DNA of 64,000 nucleotides from Chloropicon primus (Eukaryota): contig CP060757.1 in the NCBI GenBank assembly GCA_023205875.1, forward strand, positions 124,001 through 188,000, read 5' to 3'. Within the stretch, counting starts at the first letter, position 1; every line of letters starts with the position of its first letter. This document shows, in pieces, positions 45,273 to 55,668 of this stretch. Below the pieces are notes generated by a model. The model had not been told where the DNA came from and ran no database searches. It saw only the letters and a program-made list of their open reading frames with translations. The translations under genes were made by a program, and so were the position numbers.

Positions 45273-47891
45273 CTAGTCCTCCGGCTCGTCTTCGAGGTTG
45301 TCAAGGACATCCTTGATCGCTTGGACGTCCTCGTGGTCCGGCCCGAGCTCCTTCTCGAGAATGCTTTGAGCTCTCTCGAGCTGGGGCTTGCCGATGTCAT
45401 CCCGGCCAGCCTCGATGTGGATCACCGCGAGGTCGGTGAGCGTCTGCGCTACGTTGGATGACTCCGCTCCCTCGGCTTCCTCGTACACGTTCAGGGCTCT
45501 CTCGTACAGGGGCACGGAATCGTCTGGCCTTCCCTCCTCGCTTAACAGGACAGCAAGATCAACAAGAGCATGCCCGACCTCGATGTGGTTGTGGCCATAC
45601 TTTGCCTCCCTGTTCGCGATCTCCTGCTCAAGAAGCTCGACTTGGCTAAGTGGTTCAGGTTCTGGCTCTGGCTCCATCTCTGGCTCAGGCTCAGCTTGCG
45701 GAAGAATGTTTTCCTTGTCTGGCTTCGCAGAGCTTGGCTTGGGCTTTGGAGCCGCCGCCTTTTTGGCCGGCTGCTTCGAGGCAGACCTGTTGCTCGATAC
45801 TGCCTTGGGCTTCGTAGAGGACTTGGCCTTCGGGGCAGGAGTTCGCTTCACGACTGGAGTGTGTCTCTGAGGCATGTCGCTCAGTATCGCATCCTTGATG
45901 TACGGATTAAGATCGGACGGCAGTATCCTTTCCATGGACTGCTCCCCGACAGTATCCATGACGATCTTAGCCACCGCGATTGCCGATTTCCTGACGTCCT
46001 GATTTGCGCTCGAGAAGGCGGGGTTCACGAAAGCCATCACTGCATCGACTGTGAAGCCGTGCGAGTAGTCGCCCTTGTCTTGCTTGTGCTGCGAGACGCC
46101 GAATCTGGGAAGCAGCTCGTTCAGAAGATTCAGCCTCGAGAGTATTGGCTTCCACTGACTCTGCCTTTTGATTGGCTTCACCAGGGACTGCGCGAGCACC
46201 CCGCCGTTGCCCACTTCTGGAAGGTTTGACAGCATCAGAATCGCTTCAAATGCTCTATCCCGTATAATACCATTTGATTCGCCCACCCGATCGATCAGGA
46301 TGGGAACCAGCTCCAGCATCGTGTGCTGTACCTCCCTCCCCCCGACCTGGCTTCCATAGTTTGTCAACAGCTCGCGAAGACAGTCCACTGAGCTTTCCAC
46401 GATGTGCGCGACCTTGTCCTTCAGAGTCTTTCCCAAAATGTAGTGGCTGATCAGACGGAAACCTTCCCTCACGTCCCCTTCCATGCCGCCAGAGGTCAGA
46501 ATGTCTATCATTTGCGAGATCCCCTTCTCCCTGAGCTGCCAATGCTTGCTGTAAATGCACCTTGCAGCCTCCTCACCCAAGAGGCCAAACAGCAAGCTTG
46601 CACTCTTCTCGTCCGAGCTAGACAGCGTCTCGAGAGAGGGCTCCCCTGGCCTGGACCCCGCCTCGGACATCATCTCCTGCATGTCCGTCTGGAGCGGTTG
46701 CATTGCCATTGGAGTCTTCGCATCTCCTCCTTCTTCTGCGCCAGCGCCGGTCGGAGAAGTCTTGAAGCGCTCTGGAGTCTTGATGAACGCGTTCATCATT
46801 CCCTTGGCTTGAGCTGGCCTCTCGTCATACGGCAAGTGGTCGTAGGACACGTCCCTTTCGGGGGACAGAGGATTCACAGGGTTCTGAGGGGCGGCCGCCT
46901 GCTCGAAGGCCTCCCCCTTTTCCGCGGACACCGGCGAGGACTCGGCTGCTATGGCGCCAGCCGAAGTTCCAGCGGGTATGGTTCCCGGAGTTGCCGCCCC
47001 CACTGGGACGGTCTGCAAGTTAAGCGGAGAAGCAGCCGTCGGCTGTCCTTCCAGGCGCCTCCTGAGGACGCTGATCTCCATCTTGAGGCTCTTGGCCTTG
47101 TCGTAGTCCTCTTCCTGGACAGCGATCTTTTTCTGTGCCTCGAGCTCCCCGATCTGCGCCCCGATCCTCTTCATGTAATCTATCTTCGCTTTCAGCCTCT
47201 TGGCCTCGTCGTAGTCCTCCTGCTCCACCGCGTAAGTCTTCGCTCGCTCCACGTCGGCTATGATCGATGCGGTGAGAGGGTCGAAGCCCTGGAGGGAGAA
47301 GGGCGTGGGTGCTTTGGGCACCGCCTGCTGCAGCACCGGTGCTCGATCCATTTGGCCCCCCATCATTTCCATGTTGTGCATGGCCTGCTGCAGGTGTGCC
47401 ACCCCACCGCCGTTGTACTCGACCATGGGCTCCCCCTTGATGTTTATGGCGACTATTCCAACTTGACCGTACGAGTTCAGCCTGTTCATGTGGCACTCCT
47501 GCAGAACGAAACGAAGCAAGAGGGCCTTGGTGTTGATGTGAACACTTTTCAGCTCCCTTGCTTGGTGGTTGCTCCGCTCGTTGGAGTCGAAGGACAAGTG
47601 TCCCAACTTCTTCATGCTGCAGTTCTCGGGCTCTGGGGCGAGGCCCTCTTGAGGCATTCCCGTGAATATCTCAACCTTGGAAGGGATCTTGTGCTCGTGA
47701 GAAAGGATTTGGATCTGAGTCACCCTGCTCGGCCTGTCCAGCTTCAAAACGAGCTCCTGAGGAAACTTGCACATCTTCTGAGAGTGCCACCCCCTCGGCT
47801 GAGCGGCGGACAGCATCAGCTCCCTCGCAGGATGGTCAGGGTCTTCCCCAGAACACCTGTAGATCTGAAACCCAAGCTTCTCCGGAGCCAT
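45273..47891 (-). CDS. CEP104: CEP104/FAP256-like ciliary/centriolar protein with C-terminal TPRs
   Basis: N-terminal jelly-roll (GWHSQKMCKFPQEL, QILSHEHKIPSKVE, NERSNHQARELKSV, QVGIVAINI), AVEQEDYDEAK UVR-like repeats, TOG-like region (YSKHWQLRE). Confidence 0.88.
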   Translation of the reverse strand: MAPEKLGFQIYRCSGEDPDHPARELMLSAAQPRGWHSQKMCKFPQELVLKLDRPSRVTQIQILSHEHKIPSKVEIFTGMPQEGLAPEPENCSMKKLGHLSFDSNERSNHQARELKSVHINTKALLLRFVLQECHMNRLNSYGQVGIVAINIKGEPMVEYNGGGVAHLQQAMHNMEMMGGQMDRAPVLQQAVPKAPTPFSLQGFDPLTASIIADVERAKTYAVEQEDYDEAKRLKAKIDYMKRIGAQIGELEAQKKIAVQEEDYDKAKSLKMEISVLRRRLEGQPTAASPLNLQTVPVGAATPGTIPAGTSAGAIAAESSPVSAEKGEAFEQAAAPQNPVNPLSPERDVSYDHLPYDERPAQAKGMMNAFIKTPERFKTSPTGAGAEEGGDAKTPMAMQPLQTDMQEMMSEAGSRPGEPSLETLSSSDEKSASLLFGLLGEEAARCIYSKHWQLREKGISQMIDILTSGGMEGDVREGFRLISHYILGKTLKDKVAHIVESSVDCLRELLTNYGSQVGGREVQHTMLELVPILIDRVGESNGIIRDRAFEAILMLSNLPEVGNGGVLAQSLVKPIKRQSQWKPILSRLNLLNELLPRFGVSQHKQDKGDYSHGFTVDAVMAFVNPAFSSANQDVRKSAIAVAKIVMDTVGEQSMERILPSDLNPYIKDAILSDMPQRHTPVVKRTPAPKAKSSTKPKAVSSNRSASKQPAKKAAAPKPKPSSAKPDKENILPQAEPEPEMEPEPEPEPLSQVELLEQEIANREAKYGHNHIEVGHALVDLAVLLSEEGRPDDSVPLYERALNVYEEAEGAESSNVAQTLTDLAVIHIEAGRDDIGKPQLERAQSILEKELGPDHEDVQAIKDVLDNLEDEPED

Positions 47892-48683
47892 GCTTGCTTT
47901 ACGACTTTGGGATTATGGCGGTGTGTTGCTAACCTTTCGAGTCTGCCCAGCTCGCGTTGTCTACAAAACTCTTCACGTCTCCACACCTGTCACCACAACG
48001 CTTCGTCCAGGAGCAGCAATCCACGATTCGATTCGAGCCAAGGCCTGGTCGTTCCTTTCCTTTCCTTTCCTTTTACCCGAAGCGGAGCGTCTTGTTCCCT
48101 CCGGCCGGCCGGGCGAGGGAGGACAAAGGCACAAGCTCTTTCTTGGTCAAGAAGAAGCCACAAAAGGCAAGCGATGAGCTCAAGGGCGAAAGGCAAGGTC
48201 TTTGGGCCAAGGAGTCCAGGACAAGGCAAGGCAAGGTGTGCCCGCTCGAGTGTCTCCGCTGCTTCCGCTCTCCCTGGCTTTTGAACCTTCTCTCGCGTGT
48301 TTCCTTTGGTTTGAGACCACCGTGACCGAAATTTTGAACGAGGAAAGGCGGGAAGGGAAGGGAAGGGAGTGTACAGAGGGGAAGTGTAAAAGGGACAAGC
48401 GTTTCTCCTCCCCGGGGAAGGAAAGGAAAGGAAGGTGGTGGACCTTTTCTGCGTCACCACCGTCTCGCCTTCACTCTTGGTGAGGATCCCTCCTTCTCTC
48501 ACGCGGCCTCAGTGTCATTAGTAGGCACTGATCGCGATCGATCATCTCCGAGGTCTCCATGGCAGGGGAAGCCCGAGGTGGGTGAGGCAACGCGCAAAGG
48601 CCGTCGTCGTCATCATCAGTTTGGATTGTGTCTTAATATTACATGAGCTATATATGAGGTATTCATTAATAAATTTGTTGTTT

Positions 48684-51600
48684 TCACATAGACATTGTCA
48701 TCCTCTTCAAGGCAAAGTTCTTGCTCGCGATGTAAGCGCGCCACTGAGTTTGGATCGAAATCGCAGCACCAATAAGCGTTGCTTGCTCCACCTCCAACTT
48801 CCTATCGGCGTTGACGTCATATGTGAGGGCGTTCTGCCCCAACCTTTCTATAAGTAGCAATTCCAAGAGGTGCTTGAAAGGAATACCAAGACCCTCCTCG
48901 TGAATTGCAAGGATCTGCCACCACAGTCTCCACTTCCTCTTGGGGTGCATGGACTTGGGAACGATCGGCGTGCCCAGCCTGTCCAGGAATTCTCCAATTC
49001 TATGAAGCTTCAGGTAACCTTCACCCTTCCTGTCGTACTGCACCCACAGCTTTTGGTACAAGTCCAGGTGCTCGTCCGACAGGAGCGTGTTTGACTTGAG
49101 GATTCCAAAGGACACGTAATCCAGAATTGTGGCCACGAAAAGGTTCGTCAAAATGTACGTACACAGAATGATGTACGTGACGAAGAAAGCCGTGGAGCCG
49201 AACGGAGTTCCGCAGTCTGTCTGCCCGTTATAATCAGCAGTGCACTCTGGAGCCGCAAGCTTCAGGTCATTCATGACCATTCGCCAACCCTCACCCGTCA
49301 TCGAATGGAACAATATCAAAAATGAGTTGGTGAACGTTTCAAAATTCACTTTCCTGTTCATGTGCAGGCCATACTTGACGTCCGCAAAGACCTGCGTCGC
49401 GATTCCGGCGTAGATGATAATAAATATGAGCTGCAGCATGATAATCTGGATCAAGGAAGGCAAAGTCACTGCGATCCTGTTGAGGATCTTCTTCAGGGAA
49501 TCGACGTATCTTACGATTCTGAAAATACGCATGAACCTGAAGGGCCTTCCAGCCTGCAACCTGAAGGACTCCTGCGCCGGGAACAGCGTCAGGGTACTCA
49601 TGGTCACAAGGACTGCCTCGAAAATGTTCCAGCTGCTCTTCGCGAAGCCGGTGAAGCCGGTGCCAAACAGTTTGATGGACAGCTCGCAGAGGTAGACCAT
49701 GACGAACAAGAAGTCCACCATGTTGAGCGTGTTGAACCATCCGTCGCTTTGATCGGCGTGCTGAGAAGCGAGGAATCCGCAGTTCATCAAGATGATGATG
49801 ACAATCGTCTTTCCGAACCGCTTGCTGTGAATCATGTCGTAAGACAAACGCCTCAACTTCACGAAAAGATTCTCTCCCTTTGGTCTCTCAATGTCCTTCA
49901 GCGGTTTCATGTACTCCACAATTCTGTGCAGATCCCTGAACGTCTTTTGCTTCTCGGTCAACAACTTGGATCCACTAGCCAGAGCAAACTGATCGATGAA
50001 CACGCCAATGAATGCCCTCACCGTGAACATGCTTCCAACGCAGATGAAAAGGACGAAGAAGATGGCATTGATCGAGCTGTGGTTCTGCGAAGGCTGCCTG
50101 TCCGTTCCAACAATGTCTTGGCCGGCGTACATCACATCGAGCCACTCGTCGAGGGTCGCGATCTCGAAGAGCGTCAAAACTCCCTTTCCGACCCAGTCGA
50201 AATTGTGCTCTGGAAGAACCCAGGTCCTTGGAATAAGAACACCGGAGTCGTCTATAAAGCTGCCCACGCAGTCAACCCTTCCATACACCTCTTGATCGTT
50301 GCAGTAGCTGAACTTTCCACCAAAGTACTTCACGGCGATCATGCTGAACATCAGGAAAATAAGCGTCGCAAGTCCGAACAGGAGCATGATGACCTTGAAC
50401 GTTCCTCCCAGGTACACAGCGAGCTCCCTCAAGCCAGCGACTCTGTTAAAGAGCCTCAGAGGCCTCAAACACAGCAATACCCTGACAAACTTTTCCTTAT
50501 CGCCTGTGTACTCAAACATGGCCATCAGATCAATGATGAGGATTCCAAAGTCAAGGACGTTCCACCAACTCAAGAAGTATGGGAACGGCGTGAACATCAC
50601 TCCCTGGGCGATGAATTTGAACAGCGTCTCAAAAATGAAGAAGGCGGCGACCGCAAAGTTTGCCAACTGGATGAAACTGTCAAAATCGTTCTCCCGCCCC
50701 ACTGGCTTCTCTACGAAGACGACAATAATGGATACCAAGATCATGATCAGACCAAGGATGCTGTACCACTTCGATTGGAGCATCTCGAGGAGGTATTGCC
50801 TCAAAGGATGCGTCATATCGAAGATGCCAAGGGTGTTGTCATCCATCCAAGTGGGAAGCTCATACGTTTTGCTGGGAATGATCTCGATGCCCATCCACCT
50901 TTCGACCTGCTGCTCTGCCCAGTCAGGATTCACCAGCAAGGTTCTTATCGAAAACCTCTGGCCGTGGTTGTTCTGCTTTCCCTTCTCTGGTTCGGCCTCC
51001 TTCTCGTCTTCCTCGTTCAACTCCATATCTGCGTGACCGCTCTTGAGCAGATCCTTCCTGTCACTGATGTGAACAAGGTACTGGTAGTTGATGAACTGCT
51101 GCATCGAGTTCAGAATTCCCCACTGCTCATCGTCCCCAGCAAGCCTCTCGTAATTGATCACGTTGCCAGAAACGATCATCTGGAACTTTCCGACCTCGTG
51201 CTTTCTTGAACCTCTCACGAACATGGATCCCCGGGCCAAAGACTCGTGCCTTCTTCTCTTTCCCCCCTCAGGTCCGTTTCCATTCGTTACGCTTGCCCTT
51301 CTCGTCGGTCTGTCGTCCGCGATTTTCTGCTGAGAGTTCTGGAGAATGATACGCGAGGCCCTCTTGTCTCGAGCCTTCTTCATAGGCTGTGCTGCCACCG
51401 TCTTCTCGTCTTGATCCCCCCACGCGGTGTGATGCTGGGTTGCTGGAGAGGTGTTCGCCCCCGGTCCGGGGTCCGCGGCAATCTTGCTCTCTTTCTTCCT
51501 CAGCAAGGAGGTCAAGCCGCAACAGCCGGAAAGACTTGGTAGCCTTGGCAGCCTGTCTGCCACAGGTCCAAGAATCTTTGCCAAGTAAACCGACGGAGGA

Positions 51601-53819
51601 ACGATGTAACGCGTCATTGTTATGGCCAACTCCTCCTGCTTCACCTTCTTCTCACTCTCTTCGAACTCGAGGGTCTCCAAAATCACGGCGACGATGAGGT
51701 TCAAGACAATGAAGTTCTCGAAGATGAAGTACGGGATGAAGTAAAGTGGAGACAGAATAGCGAGCCTGCTGCTTCTCATGCCATCCCACATCACGTTCAC
51801 CCATTTCTCACTAGTCGCGACGCCGAACATGGTCAGCACCGCGTTGCCGTAGGAATCAAAGTTGTCTCTTGGCTTGTCTTCGCCTTGGCCAGCGTTGTAG
51901 TGGCCCGAAAATAATTGCATTCCCATAATGCTATAAAAGGCCAGCACGATAAAGAAGAAGATGAAAAGGATCACCATTGACTTCACTGCACCGAGAAGTT
52001 TGCTTGCTATCTTCGAAGTCTTCTCCGAGTCTATGAACAGACGGAAGAACCTCAGCATGGTAAGGTTGGGAATCGTCCCCGTGAGCACACCGATTGTGCT
52101 CAGGACGATGAGGAAGAAGTCAAAAGTATTCAGCTGCCCGTACTTTGACATGTCCGTGAAGAAGCTGTGCCATGGGTACCTTAAGTGCATCCTGATCAGC
52201 AGCTCCAGAACGAACAGGATCAAGAAGAAGATCTGCATCAGATGGTGCGTGGACTTCCAGGTCAAGTCGTTGGTGTACGCCATCAGGAGAATGATGTTGA
52301 CCACGATGCAGCAGTTGGCAACCCTATTCAGAATCTTCATATTCCTGTGATTCTTCATGACCCTCACGATAAAGCTGTCCCTTTTCCTCTCCTTCTTCTC
52401 ATCTTCAACTTTCACGCCGCTGTCCTTCATCAGCTGCTCGGCCTCGGCCTTCGCTTCCTGGTTCACGAGAAACGAGCAGCACTTGAGCACCGGCCAGCAG
52501 AACCACGGGGGGTCCACCTCGTCCTCCTGGCCATCCGCCTTCTTCGTTCCGCCGATGATCGAATTCTTACCCCTTCCACGCACGGCGTTCAAGAGCGTCA
52601 ATCCCATTGTAGACACCTTTCCCGCAGCAACGAACTTTTGCATTCTCTTCCTGCGCGCCAGCTCCGCCATCGCCTGGTGCTCCTTTCTGAGCCTCAGGAA
52701 CACGTGAGAGAATGCGGCCACGAAAGTGGAGAGCAAAAAGTACGACCCGACGATCACAAAACTCAGGTAGTATACACTCGACCACTTGTACTCACTGTCG
52801 ACCGTGTAGAACATGACGTCGTCCCAATTCTCTAACGTCAGGCACTGGAACAGGGTCAACAACGTGGCTCCAAAGTCATCAAAGTTCGTGTAACCAAAGT
52901 TCGGGTTCCTGAAATCATCCTTGCACACGTGCTGGACTCCCCCTATCCCGGTAGGGCACTCGAAACCTTTCTGGTCCCCCGCGTCATCGATCGTGTTGCC
53001 GCACAACTCCGCCGGCTCCGTGATGTAATGAACCATCAAGTTGGAGGTGTTCGTCACCCCTTGCATGAACGTGTCCTCCGACAAGATCGTGTCCGTCACC
53101 GCGCACCTCCTTCTGAACGACCCTCCGAAGAGGGACACACCCATCAGTGCATAGAAGAAACCGAACATGAGCGTGAAGTCAATGACGGACACGAGGAGCG
53201 GCAAGCTTTCTCCGATGGTCTGCATAACGGCGATAAGCGAGGACACACCCCTCAGGTGCCTGAGGCACAAGATGAGTCTTAGCGCACGCAAAGAACCCAA
53301 GCGGAAGGGTTCCTCCACTCCAAACCCCTCCAGCACGAGGAACATCCACGACGAAAGCATGATGCAAAAGTCCAGAGAGTTATAAAAGTTCTTCAGGTAC
53401 GTGTCCGGACCTTTGAAGAAACCCAAGATGAAGATTCGGACAATCGATTCGATGGTGTACAGGGCCACGATGGTAATGTCGAGACCCTTGAGCACCAGCA
53501 AGGTGTCCCCGTCCGAAGTGTCGCTTGCCAGAAGAGTCAGGACCACCAAGTGCGTGCATATTGTGAAAGCGAGGACGTACTCCGTTGCCTGGCTGTACAC
53601 GATCTTGAACAACTTCGTCCTGTGTGCGTTGTCGGTGGGGATGAAGCCCAAACTGTTACCGCTGAGTTTTGCTCCGGTTCCCACGTTCGAATACGAATTC
53701 TTCTGCAAGGACTTCAAGCTACGTTTCATGACCTTGATGAAGCTGTACTTGGTTTTCGCAGCCGAAGGGCGCTTCTTCCTTCCCGCCCCCTTCATCAACC
53801 GTTGTGCTGGAGCCTCCAT
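48684..53819 (-). CDS. Four-domain voltage-gated cation channel alpha subunit (Cav/NALCN-like)
   Basis: Intronless ORF of ~1710 aa with 4x6 TM, Arg-repeat S4 segments, pore loops TLENW/TSEKW/TLDEW/TGEGW, an EF-hand-like region and an IQ motif (IQTQWRAY). Confidence 0.93.
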   Translation of the reverse strand: MEAPAQRLMKGAGRKKRPSAAKTKYSFIKVMKRSLKSLQKNSYSNVGTGAKLSGNSLGFIPTDNAHRTKLFKIVYSQATEYVLAFTICTHLVVLTLLASDTSDGDTLLVLKGLDITIVALYTIESIVRIFILGFFKGPDTYLKNFYNSLDFCIMLSSWMFLVLEGFGVEEPFRLGSLRALRLILCLRHLRGVSSLIAVMQTIGESLPLLVSVIDFTLMFGFFYALMGVSLFGGSFRRRCAVTDTILSEDTFMQGVTNTSNLMVHYITEPAELCGNTIDDAGDQKGFECPTGIGGVQHVCKDDFRNPNFGYTNFDDFGATLLTLFQCLTLENWDDVMFYTVDSEYKWSSVYYLSFVIVGSYFLLSTFVAAFSHVFLRLRKEHQAMAELARRKRMQKFVAAGKVSTMGLTLLNAVRGRGKNSIIGGTKKADGQEDEVDPPWFCWPVLKCCSFLVNQEAKAEAEQLMKDSGVKVEDEKKERKRDSFIVRVMKNHRNMKILNRVANCCIVVNIILLMAYTNDLTWKSTHHLMQIFFLILFVLELLIRMHLRYPWHSFFTDMSKYGQLNTFDFFLIVLSTIGVLTGTIPNLTMLRFFRLFIDSEKTSKIASKLLGAVKSMVILFIFFFIVLAFYSIMGMQLFSGHYNAGQGEDKPRDNFDSYGNAVLTMFGVATSEKWVNVMWDGMRSSRLAILSPLYFIPYFIFENFIVLNLIVAVILETLEFEESEKKVKQEELAITMTRYIVPPSVYLAKILGPVADRLPRLPSLSGCCGLTSLLRKKESKIAADPGPGANTSPATQHHTAWGDQDEKTVAAQPMKKARDKRASRIILQNSQQKIADDRPTRRASVTNGNGPEGGKRRRHESLARGSMFVRGSRKHEVGKFQMIVSGNVINYERLAGDDEQWGILNSMQQFINYQYLVHISDRKDLLKSGHADMELNEEDEKEAEPEKGKQNNHGQRFSIRTLLVNPDWAEQQVERWMGIEIIPSKTYELPTWMDDNTLGIFDMTHPLRQYLLEMLQSKWYSILGLIMILVSIIVVFVEKPVGRENDFDSFIQLANFAVAAFFIFETLFKFIAQGVMFTPFPYFLSWWNVLDFGILIIDLMAMFEYTGDKEKFVRVLLCLRPLRLFNRVAGLRELAVYLGGTFKVIMLLFGLATLIFLMFSMIAVKYFGGKFSYCNDQEVYGRVDCVGSFIDDSGVLIPRTWVLPEHNFDWVGKGVLTLFEIATLDEWLDVMYAGQDIVGTDRQPSQNHSSINAIFFVLFICVGSMFTVRAFIGVFIDQFALASGSKLLTEKQKTFRDLHRIVEYMKPLKDIERPKGENLFVKLRRLSYDMIHSKRFGKTIVIIILMNCGFLASQHADQSDGWFNTLNMVDFLFVMVYLCELSIKLFGTGFTGFAKSSWNIFEAVLVTMSTLTLFPAQESFRLQAGRPFRFMRIFRIVRYVDSLKKILNRIAVTLPSLIQIIMLQLIFIIIYAGIATQVFADVKYGLHMNRKVNFETFTNSFLILFHSMTGEGWRMVMNDLKLAAPECTADYNGQTDCGTPFGSTAFFVTYIILCTYILTNLFVATILDYVSFGILKSNTLLSDEHLDLYQKLWVQYDRKGEGYLKLHRIGEFLDRLGTPIVPKSMHPKRKWRLWWQILAIHEEGLGIPFKHLLELLLIERLGQNALTYDVNADRKLEVEQATLIGAAISIQTQWRAYIASKNFALKRMTMSM

Positions 53820-54961
53820 GGCTGCCTCTCTCTCCTTCAAACCACCAGGAGGAGCGGAGGAACAAAAGACAGACGATAAGGGGTAGCTTGGGGTTTTGGT
53901 TTCGTGCAGCCCCTCCCAAGAGACTCACTCACTCCTCCACAAACGATGCTTGGTCGGGTTGTGTGTCCAAGCACCAAGACGACTTGCTTGGTCGGTCACC
54001 CAATAGGAGGCAAGGCAATAGGAACTAGGCCTAGGCGAGGCAACAAAATCTAATCTTATCTTGGCACACAGGACCTAAGAACCAAACACACAGAAGACAA
54101 TATAGTGTGCCATGCCTTCCCCTGTTCTGTCCATCCCCCTCCCTTACACGGCCAAAGGTTGGGTCTCACTGGGGCCCGAGCCTCCAAGCTCCTCAAACTC
54201 AAAGCTCAAACAAAGTTGTCTAAAAGTCCAACTCAAAGCTCAAAGCGTTCCCTCTTCTTCACCACCGCAAGAGACAAGAAGAGAAGAGAAGAGAAGAAGA
54301 AGAGAAGAGAAGAAGAAGAGAAGAGAGCAACCAGAGTTCGTTGTTCAAACCAAGGAGGTAGACAAGAGCAAAGGAAAGGGAAGGGAGGGATGTCTTTGTG
54401 AACAGATGACCTGGCCCTCGAACCGAGAGTCGAAGAGTCTCTCCTTAATTGAACACGAGACTATTCGAGGCAGGGGGAGGGAAACGTTGAGGAGCTCTTG
54501 ATTAGAGAACACCGAGGACAAGGTCTTGATCGACTCGCTCGCGTGCGTGTGTGTGATGTGTGTGGGGTGTGTGTGTAACAAGGGAGAAATAAAGGGAAGA
54601 GGACATGAATCGCAACGCGAGTCGAGTCGATCAAGAAAACAGGGGACGACTCGATCCTCTCTTCGAGCAAGTGCGTCGCTCCTCTTTCTTCGCTTGTTAG
54701 GAATGAAGCGAAGCGAAGGGAAGGATACCTCCTCGCGGTTTGGGTACACAAGAAGGCACGGGCAAAGGGTACCACGGTGTGACCACTCTCTTCCCTCGTG
54801 TCCTCGTGTCCTCGCATTAGCATGGACTTGCCTGCTTGCTCCGTAACAAACGTACACGAACCGAAGTCAACTTTCCAAGCAGGATCCGAATCCATCAAGG
54901 GTCTCGCTTCGGATCCACAGCAAACTCGAGCCGTTCGTTCATCGGGAGAACGAAAGCCAAC

Positions 54962-55436
54962 CAACGAGATCTTCTTGCCAGCCATCGCATTGTCATTGTC
55001 CTTCTTGACGACACCTTCTTGCTGCTGCTGGCTGGAAGCACAACCCCTTGCCCTTGCCCTTGCCCTTGCCCTTGCCCTTGCTTGCCTTAGCATTCATTTT
55101 GCATTTCTTGGACCATAGATATAGGAGTTGTAGAGAAGTTGGTGCAGGCAGAGCACAGCAGCGAGGGGGGGACGGTGTCCGTTCGCACGTCTCCGGGCGA
55201 GGGGGGCAGGGCACCGAGCCGTGCTCATTCCCGTTTCCCCAGGTCCAGTTCGCTGGCTTCTTCTCCTCCTCCAACAGCATTACGCTCGGACCACCTTTAA
55301 ATCCGTGCCTCTTCAAGGCAGCCACGCTGACCTTCTCCTTCTTCTTCTCAGCGGGTGGAGGTGTCTCGGGGCCGCCCTTCTCCTCCTCCTCGCTCGAGCT
55401 CCCGGACAAGTCCTCCAACCCATCGTTCATGTACAT
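54962..55436 (-). CDS. Small uncharacterised protein; exon structure unresolved, possibly degenerate
   Basis: MYMNDGLEDLSGSSSEEEE...LKRHGFKGGPSVML...NWTWG followed by a possible GT donor at 55214; a candidate next exon reads QEGVVKKDNDNAMAGKKISL. Confidence 0.4.
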
Positions 55437-55668
55437 CGTCGTCGCGCTCACGAGGGAGGGACCCGTGAACAAGGAAGAGGATGGTGGCATGTGCTGGGTG
55501 GCAGTGGATCGATCGTGGGGAGAATCTCCAGGAAAGTCTCCGGGAAGCGGTTGGATGTTGTTGCTTTGTAGGAAAAGAAACATGTATTGGTAGTACAAGG
55601 TACAAGGAGGTTGTCTTGTTGCTCGAGGAGAAGATGAAGAAGACGAGAAAAAAAAAGCATGATGAAAG

